From: Vicinamibacterales bacterium
GTDB lineage: Bacteria > Acidobacteriota > Vicinamibacteria > Vicinamibacterales > CAVVIG01
Direction: 5' to 3'
DNA length: 64,000 nt
Assembly (NCBI GenBank): GCA_036557365.1
Contig: DATBHR010000094.1
Span: 981-64,980 of the forward strand
Position numbers and translations under genes: made by a program. This document shows positions 8,142 through 17,553 of the stretch, one piece after another. How positions within the stretch are numbered: the stretch's first letter is position 1; every line of letters begins with the position of its first letter. The notes under the pieces were generated by a model. The model worked only from the letters and a program-made list of their open reading frames with translations. It did not search any database and had not been told where the DNA came from.

Positions 8142-9085
8142 GTGGGCGACACGATCCGCGCGCCCTTCGGAGCGATCGGCGACACGTAGACCTGGGATTC
8201 CACGCCGGCGTGCGCGCGCACCGCCGCCGTCATCGCGCCCGCGACGCGTTGCGCGATCGATCGCTCATGGCACAGCGCGAAGAGCGACGGGCCGGATCCT
8301 GAAAAGCTGCAGCCGAGGGCTCCGGCGTCGGCGGCCGCCTGCTTGATTGCGGCGAGGCCCGGCATGAGCGGCGCCCGCCGCGGCTCAGCGATCGCGTCTT
8401 CGAGCGACCGCGACAACAAAGCGAAGTCCTCGCGATGGAGAGCATCGACGAGCGCGCCGACGTTCGCCCACTGGCGGACCGCGTCGCGAAGCGCGACGGT
8501 GTCGCCGAGGAGCGCGCGGGCCTTTGCCGTTTCGATCTCGAGATCCGGATGCACGACGACCGCGATCAACCCGGCGGGAACCGGCAGCCGGACGACATCG
8601 GGCGGATCGGCGCGACGCACGAGCACGAACCCGCCGAGCAGCGATGGCGCGATGTTGTCACCGTGCGCGGATCCCGCGCCGTCGCGCTCGCCTTCGAAGG
8701 CGCACGCGAGCAGCGTGTCGGACGAAGATCTCGCGCCGGCGAGCGCGTCGACCGCGACGACGGCGGCGACGGCACTGGCGGCGCTGCCACCGAGGCCGCT
8801 CGACAGCGGCAGGCCTTTGCGAATCGTCAGCGCCACGCCGCGCTTCTCGCCCAGGACTCTGAGCAGTGCCTTCGCCGCCACACCGGCCGTATTTTTCGAC
8901 GCGTCTTTCGGCAGGCGGCCGCCATCGCACTCGATCGCGTCGATGCGTACGCCGTCGCCGTCCCAGCGCGCGGTGACTTCGTCGCCGGGCTCGGCGAGCG
9001 CGAAACCGAGGACGTCGAAGCCGCACGCCACGTTCGAAACCGTCGCGGGCGCAAATGCAGTGACCGTGTCCATGCCGCGGTTCAT
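8129..9085 (-). CDS. thrB: Homoserine kinase (GHMP family)
   Basis: FAPATVSNVACGFDVLGFAL...KGLPLSSGLGGSAASAVAAV. Overlaps the thrC start by 13 nt. The start could instead be MDTV at 9073. Confidence 0.85.
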   Translation of the reverse strand: MNRGMDTVTAFAPATVSNVACGFDVLGFALAEPGDEVTARWDGDGVRIDAIECDGGRLPKDASKNTAGVAAKALLRVLGEKRGVALTIRKGLPLSSGLGGSAASAVAAVVAVDALAGARSSSDTLLACAFEGERDGAGSAHGDNIAPSLLGGFVLVRRADPPDVVRLPVPAGLIAVVVHPDLEIETAKARALLGDTVALRDAVRQWANVGALVDALHREDFALLSRSLEDAIAEPRRAPLMPGLAAIKQAAADAGALGCSFSGSGPSLFALCHERSIAQRVAGAMTAAVRAHAGVESQVYVSPIAPKGARIVSPTWIS

Positions 9086-9128
9086 CTTAGCAAACGGCCG
9101 CGTGCGGACTGGCGCCCGCAGTCATCGC

Positions 9129-10154
9129 TCACGATGCGTGGGCGCTGCCGTATCGCTTTCGAATGTTGGGAATGAGGTATTCGTGGAAGGCGCGATCGAA
9201 GTCGAACGTCGGTGCGAAGCCCCAGTCGTGGCGCGCCGCGCGATCGTCCACGTCCGAGGGCCACGAATCGACGATCGCCTGACGCTTGGGATCGACCTTG
9301 AACGAGACGGTCGCGGTCGGAAACGCGTTCAGCACGACGTCGCGGATGGCCGCGGCCGACGGGTTGAACGCGGTGAGGTTGTACGCGGAGCGCGTGAGCC
9401 GCTCGCGAGGCGCGGCCGCAATCGCGAGCAACGCGTCCACGCCGTCCGGCATCGCCATGAACGGGATGGTCGTATCCGGGCGGACGAAACAGTCGTAGTG
9501 CTCCGCTTTCGCGGCAGCGTGAATCATTTCGGGCGCGTAGTCCGACGTGCCGCCGGACGGCACGGTCGCGGCTGAGATCAATCCCGGAAAGCGCACGCAC
9601 CGGAAGTCCACACGCGGCGTGGCGTCTGCCGACAACTGCTTGTACCGGTGCGCGTAGTAGTCGCCCATCAGCTCGCAGTACAGCTTGTTGCACCCGTACA
9701 TCGTCTTCGGATGGGTGTACTCGTCCTCGCGGACACGAGCGGCGCGCGCTTTCACGTCGAGCGTCGGCAGGCCGTACGCGGCGATGGACGACGGGTAGAC
9801 GAAGACAACCGGCCGGCCGTGCGATTCGCCCTGGTGCTGCGCGAACTCGAGGAGATTGAGCGTGCCTTCGACGTTCACGTGGTGCGCGGTCACCGGCGTG
9901 AACTCCGCGCGCGTTGAAAGCAGCGCGGCGAGGTGGAAGATGCGATCGACCTCGAATTCGGCGAGCAGCCGATCGAGGAGCGCCACGTCGGTGATCGATC
10001 CCGTGAACTCGCGCGTCACGAGCGGCGCGAGAGACGCGTCGAGCGGGCTGACGTCCAGCGTGACGATCGGCGACCCTGCGGCGGAGAGGCGCGTGATGAG
10101 GCCGTGGCCAATTTCGCCGCCGGCGCCGGTGATGAGGAGGACAGGCTTACGCAT
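9129..10154 (-). CDS. Extended-SDR NAD-dependent epimerase/dehydratase, L-threonine 3-dehydrogenase-like
   Basis: LITGAGGEIGHGL (Rossmann), YGCNKLY (YxxxK), SGGTSDYAPEMIHAA...YDCFVRPDTTIPFMAMPD...DSWPSDVDDRAARHDWGF. This resembles the epimerase-type threonine dehydrogenases. Confidence 0.7.
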   Translation of the reverse strand: MRKPVLLITGAGGEIGHGLITRLSAAGSPIVTLDVSPLDASLAPLVTREFTGSITDVALLDRLLAEFEVDRIFHLAALLSTRAEFTPVTAHHVNVEGTLNLLEFAQHQGESHGRPVVFVYPSSIAAYGLPTLDVKARAARVREDEYTHPKTMYGCNKLYCELMGDYYAHRYKQLSADATPRVDFRCVRFPGLISAATVPSGGTSDYAPEMIHAAAKAEHYDCFVRPDTTIPFMAMPDGVDALLAIAAAPRERLTRSAYNLTAFNPSAAAIRDVVLNAFPTATVSFKVDPKRQAIVDSWPSDVDDRAARHDWGFAPTFDFDRAFHEYLIPNIRKRYGSAHAS

Positions 10155-10163
10155 GACGACGCG

Positions 10164-11174
10164 TCATCGAATGAGCTCGTTGGTGTAGGTGTTGTTGAGA
10201 TCGATGGTTGCGGCGCGCACTTTTTCCATCGACGCGGACAGCAGCGTGCGAACCGCAGCTGCTCCCTCGGCGTTCATGGCGCCATCCGTCGAGAACATCG
10301 GCATCGAGCCCTCGAGCGCCTCCACATAAAGCTGCTCGTCGTCGCCGCGGAATGAACGCGGCGTTTTCTGCGCGATCTCCTCTGCGGAGTGCGCGTGCAT
10401 CCATTGCAGCGTGCGCAGGATCGCGTGCGCCAGGCCTTTCGCCGTGTCGCGGTGCGTACGGAGATAGTCAGCGCTCGCATAGAGGACGGCGGCCGGGTAC
10501 GTGCTGGTACCGAAGGCGTCGCGCACGCCAGACTCCGTCCGCAGGTCTGCGAGCACGCGGACGCCAGGATCGCGCTTCTTGATAAATGTGAACGCCGGAT
10601 CCGCCAGCCAGCCCGCATCCACCTTGCCGTGTTCGACCGCTGCGATCGCGGTCGCCGCGCTGCCGATGGCCGTAACGCTGACATCTTCGGGTTTGATCCC
10701 GTGGCGCGTCAGCAGGAACGTCAGGAACATCTGCGACGACGAGCCGGCGGTGGTGACGCCGACCATTTTTCCCTTGAAGTCCTCGATTTTCGAGATCGTC
10801 TGCGCCGCCTGCGGTGACGTCGTCAGGACCAGGCCGGGAAATCGCAGCATGTTCACGAAGGCGACGAGCTCGCGTCCTTCCGCCGCCATTTGAATCGTGT
10901 GATCGTAGAAGCCTGAGACGACGTCGGCGCTGCCGCCGACGAGCGCCTGCAGCGCTTTCGCGCCGCCCTGGAAATCCTGGAGTTCGACGTCGAGGCCTTC
11001 GTCTTTGTAGTAGCCCAGCTCCTGGGCAAGCGTCGTTGGCAGATATACCATCTGGTTCTGTCCGCCGATCGCCAGCCGTACGCTGTTTGATCCGCTGGAT
11101 GCATCGTGCCGACCACACGCGAGGCATGCGGCAGCGATTGCCACCGCGGCCGTCGTCAGCGAGACGGCCCTCAT
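10164..11174 (-). CDS. ABC transporter substrate-binding lipoprotein (NMT1/TauA/SsuA-like)
   Basis: Start MRAVSLTTAAVAIAAACLACG (lipobox-like), ATG 11172-11174, overlaps the permease stop as ATGA. The body is typical of NitT/TauT-family binding proteins. The rest of the 566-aa track ORF is a frame artefact over the permease gene. Confidence 0.75.
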   Translation of the reverse strand: MRAVSLTTAAVAIAAACLACGRHDASSGSNSVRLAIGGQNQMVYLPTTLAQELGYYKDEGLDVELQDFQGGAKALQALVGGSADVVSGFYDHTIQMAAEGRELVAFVNMLRFPGLVLTTSPQAAQTISKIEDFKGKMVGVTTAGSSSQMFLTFLLTRHGIKPEDVSVTAIGSAATAIAAVEHGKVDAGWLADPAFTFIKKRDPGVRVLADLRTESGVRDAFGTSTYPAAVLYASADYLRTHRDTAKGLAHAILRTLQWMHAHSAEEIAQKTPRSFRGDDEQLYVEALEGSMPMFSTDGAMNAEGAAAVRTLLSASMEKVRAATIDLNNTYTNELIR

Positions 11175-11986
11175 GCTTTCCATCTCAAGAGATATCGCTC
11201 CAGCTTCGTCACGCCCGCACTCACGACCACGACCACCGCCGAAAGGACGAACATCCCGGCGAAGACGCCGGTCGTGTCGAACGTGCCCTCCGCCTGCGCG
11301 ATCACGTATCCGAGACCCCGCGCGGCGCCCAGATACTCTCCCACAACCGCGCCCACCATCGCGAATCCGAGGCTGACCTGCAGGCTCGAAAAAATCCATG
11401 TGAGCGCGCTCGGCAGCAGCACGTGGCGCGCGAGCTGACGTTCCGACGCGCCCAGCATCCGCACGTTCGCGATGATGACGGGATCGGCGTCGCGGACGCC
11501 CTGGTACGTGTTGAAGAACATGACGAAGAACACCAGCGTCATCGCCAGCGCCACCTTCGACCAGATACCGAGGCCGAACCAGAGCAGGAACAGCGGCGCG
11601 AGCACGACGCGCGGCACCGCGTTCAGCATCGCGATGTACGGATCGAGCACGCGGGCCGCAAACGGCGATCGGGCCAGCACGAACCCGAGCGCGATGCCGA
11701 TGCCGCCGCCGATCGTCAGACCAAGCACCGATTCCTCGAGCGTGACGAAGAGGTGCGGCCACAGCGAGCCGGTCGTCATCCATGAAAACACCCGCGCTGC
11801 GATGTCGCTCGGGCGGCTGAAGAAAAACGGATCGAGCAGCTTGACCTTCACGCCGGTTTCCCACGCGCTCACCAGGACAATGCCCAGTGCGAGCTGCGCG
11901 ACGAACACGGCGGTACGGCTCGTCCCTCGACGCGCACGTCGCGAATCGAGCTCCACGGCTTCCGACCGCACCGCGAGATCAGGCAC
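11171..11986 (-). CDS. ABC transporter permease (NitT/TauT family)
   Basis: 271 aa, about 6 hydrophobic spans, EAA-like loop region (...GASERQLARHVLLPSALTWIFSSLQVSLG...). Confidence 0.8.
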   Translation of the reverse strand: MPDLAVRSEAVELDSRRARRGTSRTAVFVAQLALGIVLVSAWETGVKVKLLDPFFFSRPSDIAARVFSWMTTGSLWPHLFVTLEESVLGLTIGGGIGIALGFVLARSPFAARVLDPYIAMLNAVPRVVLAPLFLLWFGLGIWSKVALAMTLVFFVMFFNTYQGVRDADPVIIANVRMLGASERQLARHVLLPSALTWIFSSLQVSLGFAMVGAVVGEYLGAARGLGYVIAQAEGTFDTTGVFAGMFVLSAVVVVVSAGVTKLERYLLRWKA

Positions 11987-12791
11987 GACGGCGCTCCGCG
12001 GTCTGGCTTTTCATCACTTCCTGTCGAAGAACCGACCAGATGCTTTTGTAAAGATCCAGGAACGGCGCGGATGTCCGGAGCTCCATGAGGTCGCGCGGTC
12101 GCGCCAGCGGAATCGAATGGCGCGCGATCAGACGGCTCGACGGTCCCGCCGACAGGATCATGACCTCGTCTGCCAGCGCAATCGCCTCTTCGAGATCGTG
12201 CGTGACGAACAGCACGGTGCGCTTCGCGCCGGCGCGGCGTTCCTCCCACAGCGCGAGCAGCTCGGTCTCCATCCGCTGGCGCGTATGAACGTCGAGCGCC
12301 GAGAACGGTTCGTCCATCAGCAACAGCCGGCGCTCGAGAATCCAGTTCTGCGCCATCGCGACGCGCTTGCGCATGCCGCCGCTCAACTGCGCCGGATAGT
12401 GCGCACCGAATGCCGCAAGGCCGACCCGTGTGAGCCATTCCTCCGCGCGGGCATCGCCATCCGCCGCGGCGGCGCCCCCGATGGCGAGGCCGAGCGCGAC
12501 GTTGTCGCGAACGCTCTTCCACGGCAGGAGCGCGTCCTGCTGGAACATATACGTCGCATCGCGGTTCAAGCCGGCCAGCGGCGTTCCCGCCACACGAACG
12601 GTGCCGGTCGTCGGCGCCAGGAGGCCGGCGGCGATGTTGAGCAGCGTGGATTTCCCACACCCGCTCGGCCCGACGATCGCGACGAAGGCGCCGTCGGCCA
12701 CGTCGAAGGAAATGTCGTCGATCGCGCGATAACGCGCGCCGTCGGGCGCATTGAAGTCTCGTGAGACGCGCTCGAAGCCGATTGCGCTCAT
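11979..12791 (-). CDS. ABC transporter ATP-binding protein (NitT/TauT family)
   Basis: Walker A GPSGCGKST, signature LSGGMRKRVAMA, Walker B LLLMDEPFSALD. Confidence 0.9.
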   Translation of the reverse strand: MSAIGFERVSRDFNAPDGARYRAIDDISFDVADGAFVAIVGPSGCGKSTLLNIAAGLLAPTTGTVRVAGTPLAGLNRDATYMFQQDALLPWKSVRDNVALGLAIGGAAAADGDARAEEWLTRVGLAAFGAHYPAQLSGGMRKRVAMAQNWILERRLLLMDEPFSALDVHTRQRMETELLALWEERRAGAKRTVLFVTHDLEEAIALADEVMILSAGPSSRLIARHSIPLARPRDLMELRTSAPFLDLYKSIWSVLRQEVMKSQTAERRRA

Positions 12792-13660
12792 CGCACCGAC
12801 ACCGTCGCCGACAGAAAATCGACAGCGGCCTGCGTCACGCGATCCGCGGTTGCTTTTTCACTGTGTGGACTGTGTCCACCATCGTCGAGGACAACGACGC
12901 TCGTGCGCATGCGGTCCAGGCTCGCCCGTCGTTCCAACACGTCGCGCAACGCGGTGAGCTCGCCCGGTTCCGTGCGCGGATCGCGGGCGCCGTGAATAAG
13001 CAGGACGGGCGCGGACAGTTGTGAGAGTCGATCATCGTAGAGATCCGCGCGGTCCGACTGTGCCTCGTCCGCAATCCTCAACCAGGCGTCGCCGTTGATG
13101 GCGAGCAGCGGACGCCAGTCGTTTTCGCCGTGTTCATGTGCGAGCGTCGCTGCGACACGGGCGCCGAGTGCGTCCGGACGATCGCGCATCGTTTCAAAGA
13201 ACGCTCGGGATGCCGGTTTACGCCGGAAGAAATGCGTCGCTTCCGCGACGATGCGATCGACGCGCGCGGGCGCCATGAGTCCGAGCCGGAGTGCGATCAC
13301 CGCGCCGTCGCTGTGTCCCCACAGAATCGCGCGCTCGATCCCGAGCGCGTCGAGCAGCGCGAGCGTCTCGCCGGCGGCGCGCTCATGAAAGTCGGTGGGC
13401 TGGAACGAGAGCCGACCCGATCCGCCGTAACCGGTCCGATCCGGAACGATCACGCGATGACGCAAGCTGAGGGCTGCGATCTGCCGATCGAACGGATAGA
13501 TCTCGTATCCCCAGCCGCCGTGCAAAACGACCACGGCAGGCCCGGCGCCCGCCTCGCGATAGCGAATGCGAACGGGCGCGCCGTCTGCGGCGAGCGGCGA
13601 GGATTGCAGCGTCAGGTCGGCGTCCGTCATCCCGCGAGAGCCATGGTAAGGTAGGCGCAT
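12788..13660 (-). CDS. Alpha/beta-fold hydrolase
   Basis: HGGWGY oxyanion region and GHSDG nucleophile elbow. The stop overlaps the ABC ATPase start as ATGA. The start is either 13660 or MTDAD at 13630. Confidence 0.75.
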   Translation of the reverse strand: MRLPYHGSRGMTDADLTLQSSPLAADGAPVRIRYREAGAGPAVVVLHGGWGYEIYPFDRQIAALSLRHRVIVPDRTGYGGSGRLSFQPTDFHERAAGETLALLDALGIERAILWGHSDGAVIALRLGLMAPARVDRIVAEATHFFRRKPASRAFFETMRDRPDALGARVAATLAHEHGENDWRPLLAINGDAWLRIADEAQSDRADLYDDRLSQLSAPVLLIHGARDPRTEPGELTALRDVLERRASLDRMRTSVVVLDDGGHSPHSEKATADRVTQAAVDFLSATVSVR

Positions 13661-13666
13661 CTTATT

Positions 13667-15589
13667 ATGAAGAAAGCGCTTTTCCTCGGCGCTCTGTTGA
13701 TGGTCGGCGCGACGCTGGCGGCCGACGGACCGCTGACGCCCGAGCAGACGCTCGATCGCCGCGCGATCGGCGACCTCGAGTTCTCACCCGACGGCGCGCG
13801 GCTCACCTTCACCGTCGCCGAACCGATCAAGGGCACCTCCCGCGCACGCGCACTGTGGATGCTCGACGTCAAGTCGGGCGTCGCGCGTCCACTCACCTTC
13901 TCCGGCAAGAACGACGCGTCGCCTCGATGGGCGCCCGATGGATCAGAGATCGCGTTCACGTCGGACCGTGAGGAGCCGACCGGCCTGTATCTGCTTCCGC
14001 TGCGAGGGGGCGAAGCGGAACGGATCACCGGCAAGGACGAGCGGGTCGACGCCTTCCGCTGGTCGCCGGACGGAACGCGCATCGCGATTCTCATGCGCGA
14101 AGCCAAGTCGGCGGACCTGAAAGCCCGCGAGCGCGACAAAGACGATGGGCGTGCGGTGGACCATGACGACCGTCAGCCGCGCATCTGGATTGTTGAGCGG
14201 GCCTCAAAGCACGTTCGTCAACTGACGGCCGGACCGTGGCGCCTCAGGCAGATCGAATGGCTTCCCGATGGAAAGCACCTCGTCGGCGTCGCGACCGATC
14301 ATCCGGCCTCGAACCAGTGGACCGATCGCGTGTACCGCATCGACGCTGACGGCGGCGGCTTCACGGAAATCGCGGCGCCGCGCGGACCGATCGGCGCGAT
14401 CGTTCCGTCGCCCGACGGCAGCGCGCTGGCCTACGTCGGCGCGCGCGTCGACGGTCCCGAGCCGCACGATCTGTACGTGCAGAGCCTCGGCGGCGGCAAG
14501 GCCGTCAACCTTTCCGAGTCGCTCGATCGACCGGTGAACGGTCCGCGATGGATCGACGCGCAGACGCTGATGGTCAACGTCCAGCGCGGCTTCCGGACTG
14601 CGTTGGCGACGGTGTCGCGCAGCGGTCGGACCGAATGGCTCGACGGCGGCAGCGTCAACCCGGGTGCCTTCGCGCGATCGTCGACCGGCACGGTTGCGTT
14701 CGTCGGCGAATCCACGGCCAGCGCGCCGGAACTGTATCTTCAGTCGCCCGGCGCACCGCCACGCGCCGTGACGACGCTGAACGCACAGTGGTCGTCCATC
14801 CCGGTCGCGCGTCCCGAGGTCGTCGAGTACAAAGGCTTCGACGGCGTCAGCATCGAGGCTGCACTGCTCAAGCCGGCCGGCGCCGGACCGTTTCCGTTCG
14901 TCGTCCTCGTCCACGGCGGCCCGACGGGCCGCTGGTCCGACGCCTTCGAGCCGTGGGGACAACTGCTGGCGGCGCGCGGATATGCAGTGCTTTATCCGAA
15001 CGTGCGCGGCTCGACGGGGTACGGCCAGAAATTCGTGGAGATGAACCGCGCCGACTGGGGCGGCGGCGACTACAAGGACGTGATGGCGGGCGTCGACGCG
15101 ATGATCGCACGCGGCGTGGCAGACGCGGCGCGCCTCGGTATCGGCGGCTGGTCGTACGGCGGATACATGGCCGCGTGGGCGGTCACGCAAACGACGCGTT
15201 TCAAGGCAGCCGTCTCGGGCGCTCCCGTCATCGACATGGCGAGCGAGTTCGGCACCGAGGACAATTCGGCGTACGACGAGTGGTTCTACGGGACACCGTA
15301 CGAACGGCTGGACGGCTTCACCAAAAGCTCGCCGATGACGTTCGTGAAGAATGTCAGGACGCCGACGTTGCTGTTGCAGGGCGAGGCGGATCTAACCGAC
15401 CCGATCGGACAGAGCCAGCAGTTCTATCGCGGTCTCAAGCACTACAACGTCGAGAGCAGTCTCGTGCTCTACCCGCGCGAGCCCCACGGTCTTCGTGAGG
15501 AAAAGCACCTCCTCGATCGCCTCAACCGCGTCGTCGCCTGGTTCGACAAATATCTGAAGACGCCCGCTCCGGGCACAGGTGGACGATAG
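13667..15589 (+). CDS. S9 prolyl-oligopeptidase-family serine peptidase with N-terminal beta-propeller, secreted
   Basis: Signal peptide MKKALFLGALLMVGATLA, repeated SPDG propeller blades, and catalytic GGWSYGGYM ... D ... H in the C-terminal domain. Confidence 0.85.
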   Translation: MKKALFLGALLMVGATLAADGPLTPEQTLDRRAIGDLEFSPDGARLTFTVAEPIKGTSRARALWMLDVKSGVARPLTFSGKNDASPRWAPDGSEIAFTSDREEPTGLYLLPLRGGEAERITGKDERVDAFRWSPDGTRIAILMREAKSADLKARERDKDDGRAVDHDDRQPRIWIVERASKHVRQLTAGPWRLRQIEWLPDGKHLVGVATDHPASNQWTDRVYRIDADGGGFTEIAAPRGPIGAIVPSPDGSALAYVGARVDGPEPHDLYVQSLGGGKAVNLSESLDRPVNGPRWIDAQTLMVNVQRGFRTALATVSRSGRTEWLDGGSVNPGAFARSSTGTVAFVGESTASAPELYLQSPGAPPRAVTTLNAQWSSIPVARPEVVEYKGFDGVSIEAALLKPAGAGPFPFVVLVHGGPTGRWSDAFEPWGQLLAARGYAVLYPNVRGSTGYGQKFVEMNRADWGGGDYKDVMAGVDAMIARGVADAARLGIGGWSYGGYMAAWAVTQTTRFKAAVSGAPVIDMASEFGTEDNSAYDEWFYGTPYERLDGFTKSSPMTFVKNVRTPTLLLQGEADLTDPIGQSQQFYRGLKHYNVESSLVLYPREPHGLREEKHLLDRLNRVVAWFDKYLKTPAPGTGGR

Positions 15590-17045
15590 GACGACGGCGC
15601 GCGAGTCGCGCCTCGACCGTCCTGGCGCGCTCGCGCGCATCGCCCTTGTCCTGACGGAGTGGACCGAACGCTGGATTCCGGACGCGTTCGTGTTCGCCCT
15701 CCTCGCCACGCTCATCGTGTTCGCAGCGGCGCTGGCCGCGACACGCGCAACCCTGTTCGAAACCATCGACGCCTGGGGCCGCGGATTCTGGGAACTGATC
15801 CCGTTCACGATGCAGATGGCGTTGGTGATCATCACCGGCCACGTGCTCGCGACCTCGAAACCGATCGGCCGGATCATCCGGACGCTGGCAAGCTGGCCGC
15901 GAAGTCCGCGTGCTGCGGTGGCGATGGTCACCGCGTTCGCGCTCGTCAGCGCCTGGTTCAACTGGGGCTTCAGCCTCGTCTTCAGTGCGGTGCTGGCGCG
16001 CGAAGTCGCTCGCCGCGTCGAGCACACCGATTACCGCGCGCTCGCAGCCGCGAGCTTTCTCGGCCTCGGCAGCATCTGGGCGCAGGGTTTGAGCGGCTCG
16101 GCGGCGCTGCAGATGGCGACTCAAGGCGCGCTGCAGCCGCAGATTCGCGACATCGTCGCCGCCGGTGGTCTGGTACCGGGCGGCATCGTGTCCTTCCAAC
16201 ACACGATTTTTCTCTGGCAGAGCCTGTTGTCCGTCGTTGTCGAGATCGCCGTCGTGACGCTCGTCATGTGGCTGGCGACGCCGCCGCCATCGCGATGCCG
16301 CACGGCGCGCGATCTCGGCGTCGATCTGGGTTCCGGCAGCGATGATTCCATCGCCGCGGTGGAACGGTCGACTGCCGATGGATCCATCGTCAGTCCGGGA
16401 CAATGGCTCGAGCACTCGCCGTTGCTTTCCTGGCTGATCGTCGCGATTGGCGCCGTCTATCTCGTGCGCTACTTCGCTGAGGCAGGAGAACCGCTGAAGG
16501 CGTTGAATCTGAACATCCTCAATCTCGCCTTCCTGATGCTCGGGATCCTGCTGCACAGGACGCCGGCGAGGCTCATGCGCGCAGTCCAGGAAGCGACGCC
16601 GGCCGTCTGGGGCGTGATCCTGCAGTTTCCGTTCTACGCCGGCATCGCGGGCGTCATCACGGCGACGCACCTGAACGAGATGGTCGCCGGCGCCTTCGTT
16701 CGCGTCTCGACGCCGGCGACGTTTCCGCCGCTCGTCGCGCTCTATTCGGCGGTGCTCGGCGTGTTCGTTCCGTCGGGAGGATCGAAGTGGGTGATCGAGG
16801 CGCCGTACGTGATGGCTGCCGCCCACACGCTCAAAGTGCATCTCGGGTGGGTGGTGACGTCGTACGACCTCGGGGAAGCGCTCGCGAATCTCGTGCAGCC
16901 CTTCTGGATGCTGCCAAGCTTGGGACTGTTTCGGCTGGGCGCGCGCGATGTGATGGGCTACACCTTCGTCGTGTTCATCGCGCTCGTGCCGGTCGTACTG
17001 CTGCTCGTCGCGCTACTTGGACTGACGCTGCCCTACCCGCTCTGA
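15579..17045 (+). CDS. atoE: Short-chain fatty acid transporter (AtoE family)
   Basis: 488 aa polytopic protein. N-terminal LTEWTERWIPDAFVFALLATLIVF is characteristic of AtoE-family proteins. Overlaps the S9 gene by 11 nt. Confidence 0.75.
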   Translation: MDDRTTARESRLDRPGALARIALVLTEWTERWIPDAFVFALLATLIVFAAALAATRATLFETIDAWGRGFWELIPFTMQMALVIITGHVLATSKPIGRIIRTLASWPRSPRAAVAMVTAFALVSAWFNWGFSLVFSAVLAREVARRVEHTDYRALAAASFLGLGSIWAQGLSGSAALQMATQGALQPQIRDIVAAGGLVPGGIVSFQHTIFLWQSLLSVVVEIAVVTLVMWLATPPPSRCRTARDLGVDLGSGSDDSIAAVERSTADGSIVSPGQWLEHSPLLSWLIVAIGAVYLVRYFAEAGEPLKALNLNILNLAFLMLGILLHRTPARLMRAVQEATPAVWGVILQFPFYAGIAGVITATHLNEMVAGAFVRVSTPATFPPLVALYSAVLGVFVPSGGSKWVIEAPYVMAAAHTLKVHLGWVVTSYDLGEALANLVQPFWMLPSLGLFRLGARDVMGYTFVVFIALVPVVLLLVALLGLTLPYPL

Positions 17046-17534
17046 ATCGTCCTCGATGCGCTCGCGCAGCGCACCCCACGTTTCGGGATCCTGGCACAGG
17101 AGCGTCTTGAGGTACAGCTTCACGTCGTCGGCCGGGAACTCCTGACCGATCTTCTCGACCGCAGCGCCGATTTTCTCGGGATCGGGCTTGACGTTCTCCT
17201 CTTCGATGAGTCCGTTCTCGTGTTTGATGCCCAGCGCGTCGAGAAAGGCGCCCATCATCGCCCGCTGATCGGCCAGGTGATAGACGACGAGCGCGCGGGC
17301 GGCCAGCTGCTCGGGCAGCGCCACCATCGACGCCAGGTGCCGCGCTTTCCGCGCATCGTCGAGCGACACGATCGTCTTCGGCCGGAATTTCTTCTGCTGG
17401 GCGATGAGGAGCGCTGCCTGCATCTGATCGTCGGCGGCGTCCTCGGCCGACCAGAAGGCGAGCGCCGCGCGCTGTCGTTGCTCGAGGGTCATCGTGCGCC
17501 ACAGGCGCGAAGGAGTCAGCGTCGGTTCCGTCAT
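17013..17534 (-). CDS. Hypothetical helical protein (173 aa)
   Basis: Start MTEPTLTPSRLWRTMTLEQRQRAALAFWSAED... (ATG 17532-17534). No motif recognised. The 3' end overlaps the convergent atoE by 33 nt. Confidence 0.5.
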   Translation of the reverse strand: MTEPTLTPSRLWRTMTLEQRQRAALAFWSAEDAADDQMQAALLIAQQKKFRPKTIVSLDDARKARHLASMVALPEQLAARALVVYHLADQRAMMGAFLDALGIKHENGLIEEENVKPDPEKIGAAVEKIGQEFPADDVKLYLKTLLCQDPETWGALRERIEDDSERVGQRQSK

Positions 17535-17553
17535 TGCTGTTATTCTAGGCCGG

